DNA of 20,000 nucleotides from an uncultured bacterium (GTDB lineage: Bacteria > UBA8481): the NCBI GenBank assembly GCA_964499705.1, contig CAZCME010000022.1:61215-81214 (forward strand), in the 5' to 3' direction. The notes below the pieces were generated by a model. The model searched no databases, had not been told where the DNA came from, and saw only the letters and a list, made by a program, of their open reading frames with translations. Numbering within the stretch: the first letter of the stretch is position 1; each line of letters starts with the position of its first letter. Positions 17,947 through 20,000 of this stretch are shown in pieces. The position numbers and the translations under genes were made by a program.

Positions 17947-19013
17947 GGATGCGATCATTAGCAATTTGTAATTTGAAATTTGAAATATGTAATTTGTCCG
18001 CCGCCTCGTCCCGGCTCACATTACAAATTTCTAATTGCAAATTACTAATTGCGTATCATCTTCTCCTTCTGGCATTGGCTCTTCTTGCCATCACCCCCGC
18101 TCACGCCTCCCAGGACAACGCCGGCTCCAACGCCGGCATCTCGCTCCGCTTCTCCCCCTCCGCACGTTCCTCCGCGATGGGCGACGCTTTCACCGCTGAA
18201 GCGAAAGGCATCGCGGCGGCGCATTACAATCCGGCAGGGCTCGGGTGGACGGATAAGCGCGAGATCGGATTCTTGTACCAGGACATCGTCCTCGACGTCG
18301 GCGAAGGTTCTCTCGGTGTGGCGTGGCCATTGTCGGATCACTCGGCGTGGTCGGTGCTTGTGAACTACACGGACTTCGGCACGACTCAACGGACGGTCGT
18401 ATCGGCGGGCGCGGGCGCGAATCAGGGGACTTTCACCGGCCACGACTTCACGGTCTCGGCCGCGTACGGCGCGAAGCTCGCGAACTGGGGATACGGCGCG
18501 ACAGCCAAAGTGTATTCATCCACGATCGACGACGCGGATGCCGCGGCCTTCGCCGCCGATTTCGGCCTCCGCTGGAAAGCGGACAACTCCCCCCTCTCGC
18601 TCGGCCTCTCCGTCCGGAACATCGGGACGGAAGTGAAGTATGATGTTGCGACCGAGCGGTTGCCGATCATCTTCCGCGTCGGCGCGGCGTACGAAGGCTG
18701 GTGGTGGGGCAGGAAAGATGCCGAGCGAGCTCCGTTCATCGTCACCGCCGATTTCGAAAAGATCGCGGACGAGAACTGGAGCGCTAAGGTTGGAGCAGAA
18801 GCAACCCTGGCGGAAATGTTCTCGATGCGGGTCGGGTATGACGGATCGGTCGAGATCGACAACTCAGACAACGGGGCGACGACCGATCGCGGCATATCCG
18901 GTCTCACCTTCGGCGCGGGATTCCGATCCACCGGTTTCGAAGTCGACTACGCATGGACGCCGTTCGGCAAGGTGGGCGACAATCACAAGATAGGGTTGAA
19001 CTACCGCTTCTGA
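17943..19013 (+). CDS. PorV/PorQ-family (FadL-like) outer-membrane beta-barrel protein, 356 aa
   Basis: ATG at 17943 overlaps the upstream stop (ATGA); ATG at 17949 is an alternative. A signal peptide ends in AHA (18099-18107). The plug motif LRFSPSARSSAMGDAFTA...HYNPAGL is characteristic of the family. Amphipathic strands follow, and the C-terminus GLNYRF ends in a BAM-type Phe. Confidence 0.85.
   Translation: MRMRSLAICNLKFEICNLSAASSRLTLQISNCKLLIAYHLLLLALALLAITPAHASQDNAGSNAGISLRFSPSARSSAMGDAFTAEAKGIAAAHYNPAGLGWTDKREIGFLYQDIVLDVGEGSLGVAWPLSDHSAWSVLVNYTDFGTTQRTVVSAGAGANQGTFTGHDFTVSAAYGAKLANWGYGATAKVYSSTIDDADAAAFAADFGLRWKADNSPLSLGLSVRNIGTEVKYDVATERLPIIFRVGAAYEGWWWGRKDAERAPFIVTADFEKIADENWSAKVGAEATLAEMFSMRVGYDGSVEIDNSDNGATTDRGISGLTFGAGFRSTGFEVDYAWTPFGKVGDNHKIGLNYRF
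17961..18052. repeat. AT-rich imperfect inverted repeat built from 7-bp tandem units (AATTTGW), with an 18-nt GC-rich loop
   Basis: Left arm 17961-17997: gc aatttgt aatttga aatttga aatatgt aatttgt. Right arm 18016-18052 reverse-complements to gc aattagt aatttgc aattaga aatttgt aatgtga. 31 of 37 positions match. Confidence 0.9.
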
Positions 19014-19031
19014 TCTCGTCCTTCCTGCAGC

Positions 19032-19166
19032 GGCGGCACGGAGATCGACCTTGTCTTTCGCTGGAAAGGACGCCTCTGTTAAGTTGAGGCGAAGTTCACC
19101 GACACGCCGCGCGTTTCTCCGTCGATCCGCTCCTCGATCAGCGACCTGGACCCGCTCGTTGCGTAG
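19032..19166 (+). pseudogene. Remnant of the C-terminal DUF4143-like (PD-(D/E)xK-type) part of an AAA ATPase gene
   Basis: Translates as GGTEIDLVFRWKGRLC*VEAKFTDTPRVSPSIRSSISDLDPLVA*, resembling the GxExDL...ExK..DxP...S......DL tail of AAA_14/DUF4143 proteins. It has an internal TAA at 19080-19082, no start codon and no ATPase domain. Confidence 0.6.
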
Positions 19167-19195
19167 AGAGGATACGACCGGCTATAATACGGTTA
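19159..19195 (+). promoter_or_regulatory. Sigma70-type promoter, probably producing a leaderless mRNA
   Basis: TTGCGT (19159-19164), 18-nt spacer, perfect TATAAT (19183-19188), then ATG at 19195 after only 6 intervening bases. There is no room for a Shine-Dalgarno in the transcript. Confidence 0.65.
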
Positions 19196-19383
19196 TGTCG
19201 AACGAAGAGAAAAAATATCCATTGGAGCAATTGCCGGATGATTTCGATTTCGGCGGGTGGGAAACGGAGCGTGACAAGGCGTTGTGGGATCTGTCGCTGA
19301 CGCCGGAACAGCGGCTGCAAAGCCTCGAAGAAATGATCGAATTCGATTTAGCCTGCAGGACCGCCATCCGTGTTATACGCTGA
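19195..19383 (+). CDS. Small acidic hypothetical protein (62 aa), probable partner/antitoxin of the downstream nucleotidyltransferase
   Basis: MSNEEKKYPLEQLPDDFDFGGWETERDKALWDLSLTPEQRLQSLEEMIEFDLACRTAIRVIR. The LTPEQRL..LEE...F helix motif is of the kind seen in small genes next to such NTases. It overlaps the next gene by 14 nt. Confidence 0.7.
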   Translation: MSNEEKKYPLEQLPDDFDFGGWETERDKALWDLSLTPEQRLQSLEEMIEFDLACRTAIRVIR

Positions 19384-19876
19384 AGTTCTCAGCCGCCTTC
19401 TCAACGCCAACGTCGATTACCTGATCATTGGCGGAGTCGCGGTCAATTTGCAAGGATATTCGAGACTAACAAAAGACCTCGACCTGATGCTTAAGATGAA
19501 GTCTGAAAATTTGCTTAAAGCCGTCGAAATATTGTTGGAAGCGGGATTCACCACCTGGCTTCCGGTTGATCCTCGTGGCATCGCGGATGATGCGACGAGG
19601 CGCGACTGGCTGGAAAATAAAAATATGTTGGCTCTTTCATTCAAGCGAGGCAGTCTCAAGCTGGACATACTCTTCAGTGCTCCAATTCGATTCGAGGATA
19701 TGCATAGAGACAACTTTCGCATCGGGCGCTTTCTCTATCCTGTCGCATCCAAGGAAGATCTGATACGACTGAAAGAAGTTACGGGTAGACCCCATGATCG
19801 AGAGGATGTCGACCGCTTGAGGATTCTCATCAACCTCGAGAAGGAAGGCCACTCGAACGGCGCCGACAAAGAGTAG
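19370..19876 (+). CDS. Pol-beta-superfamily nucleotidyltransferase (DUF6036/AbiEii-like), 168 aa
   Basis: GTG start with AGGA at 19357-19360. N-terminal motif YLIIGGVAVNLQGYSRLTKDLD (GGxA...RxTxDxD), third acidic strand KLDIL, and C-terminal EDLIRLK...GRPHDREDVDRL. Confidence 0.85.
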   Translation: MLYAEVLSRLLNANVDYLIIGGVAVNLQGYSRLTKDLDLMLKMKSENLLKAVEILLEAGFTTWLPVDPRGIADDATRRDWLENKNMLALSFKRGSLKLDILFSAPIRFEDMHRDNFRIGRFLYPVASKEDLIRLKEVTGRPHDREDVDRLRILINLEKEGHSNGADKE

Positions 19877-20000
19877 ACTTCACTCCCCCCCTTCCCCCCC
19901 TGAAAATGTGATTTTTCACGGTAAAAAAAGAGACCGAATTAGCCTCGCAATTCATTAGCTTTCAAACTGACATAAAAATATACTTGTCTCACGGAGTTCT

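Noticed and set aside
65-17964. Many long alternative-frame and antisense ORFs (e.g. 3625-4944, 7944-9389, 13978-15684, 15021-16208, 16225-17964)
   Set aside because: They are Arg/Gly-rich or mirror translations expected from high-GC codon bias in a real gene, and they show no recognisable motifs.
17961-18052. Rho-independent terminator for the giant gene
   Set aside because: The stem is long, AT-rich and mismatched, has no clean U tract, and lies inside the coupled downstream ORF. It is kept as a repeat element instead.
19012-19058. Terminator after the barrel gene (GATCTC...GAGATC)
   Set aside because: Short, interrupted stem with a large loop and a weak U tract.
19051-19194. TTG-started 110-aa version of the small gene
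   Set aside because: The extension is low-quality sequence spanning the relic and the promoter. The -10 box supports ATG 19195.
19907-19920. CRP/FNR-type site (TGTGA...TCAC)
   Set aside because: The half-site spacing is 4 nt rather than the canonical 6.

Overview
About 90% of the window is the 3' part of one giant, high-GC gene. It is open in frame +1 from base 1 to TGA at 17944-17946, giving at least 5981 codons with the start upstream of the window. It encodes a modular surface adhesin-like protein: three [FN3-like + Ca-loop Ig-like + parallel beta-helix] supermodules, a fourth FN3, 18 tandem ~98-aa beta-sandwich repeats, four Ca-loop Ig-like modules, 9 more repeats, and a C-terminal T9SS type A-like sorting domain (YPNP...GKLAVIR). 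A PorV/PorQ-family outer-membrane barrel gene overlaps its stop codon (ATGA), suggesting a cargo with its own shuttle or anchor. Notable details: the cargo is saturated with D-(S/T) motifs that are absent from its CTD and from the barrel, pointing to O-glycosylation. One beta-helix module is lower in GC and has recent 69-bp duplications. An AT-rich inverted heptamer-repeat hairpin sits in frame inside the barrel's signal peptide. The 3' end holds a probable AAA/DUF4143 remnant and a small gene plus nucleotidyltransferase pair (toxin-antitoxin-like) behind a probable leaderless promoter. All family assignments come from motif recognition by eye, not database searches.
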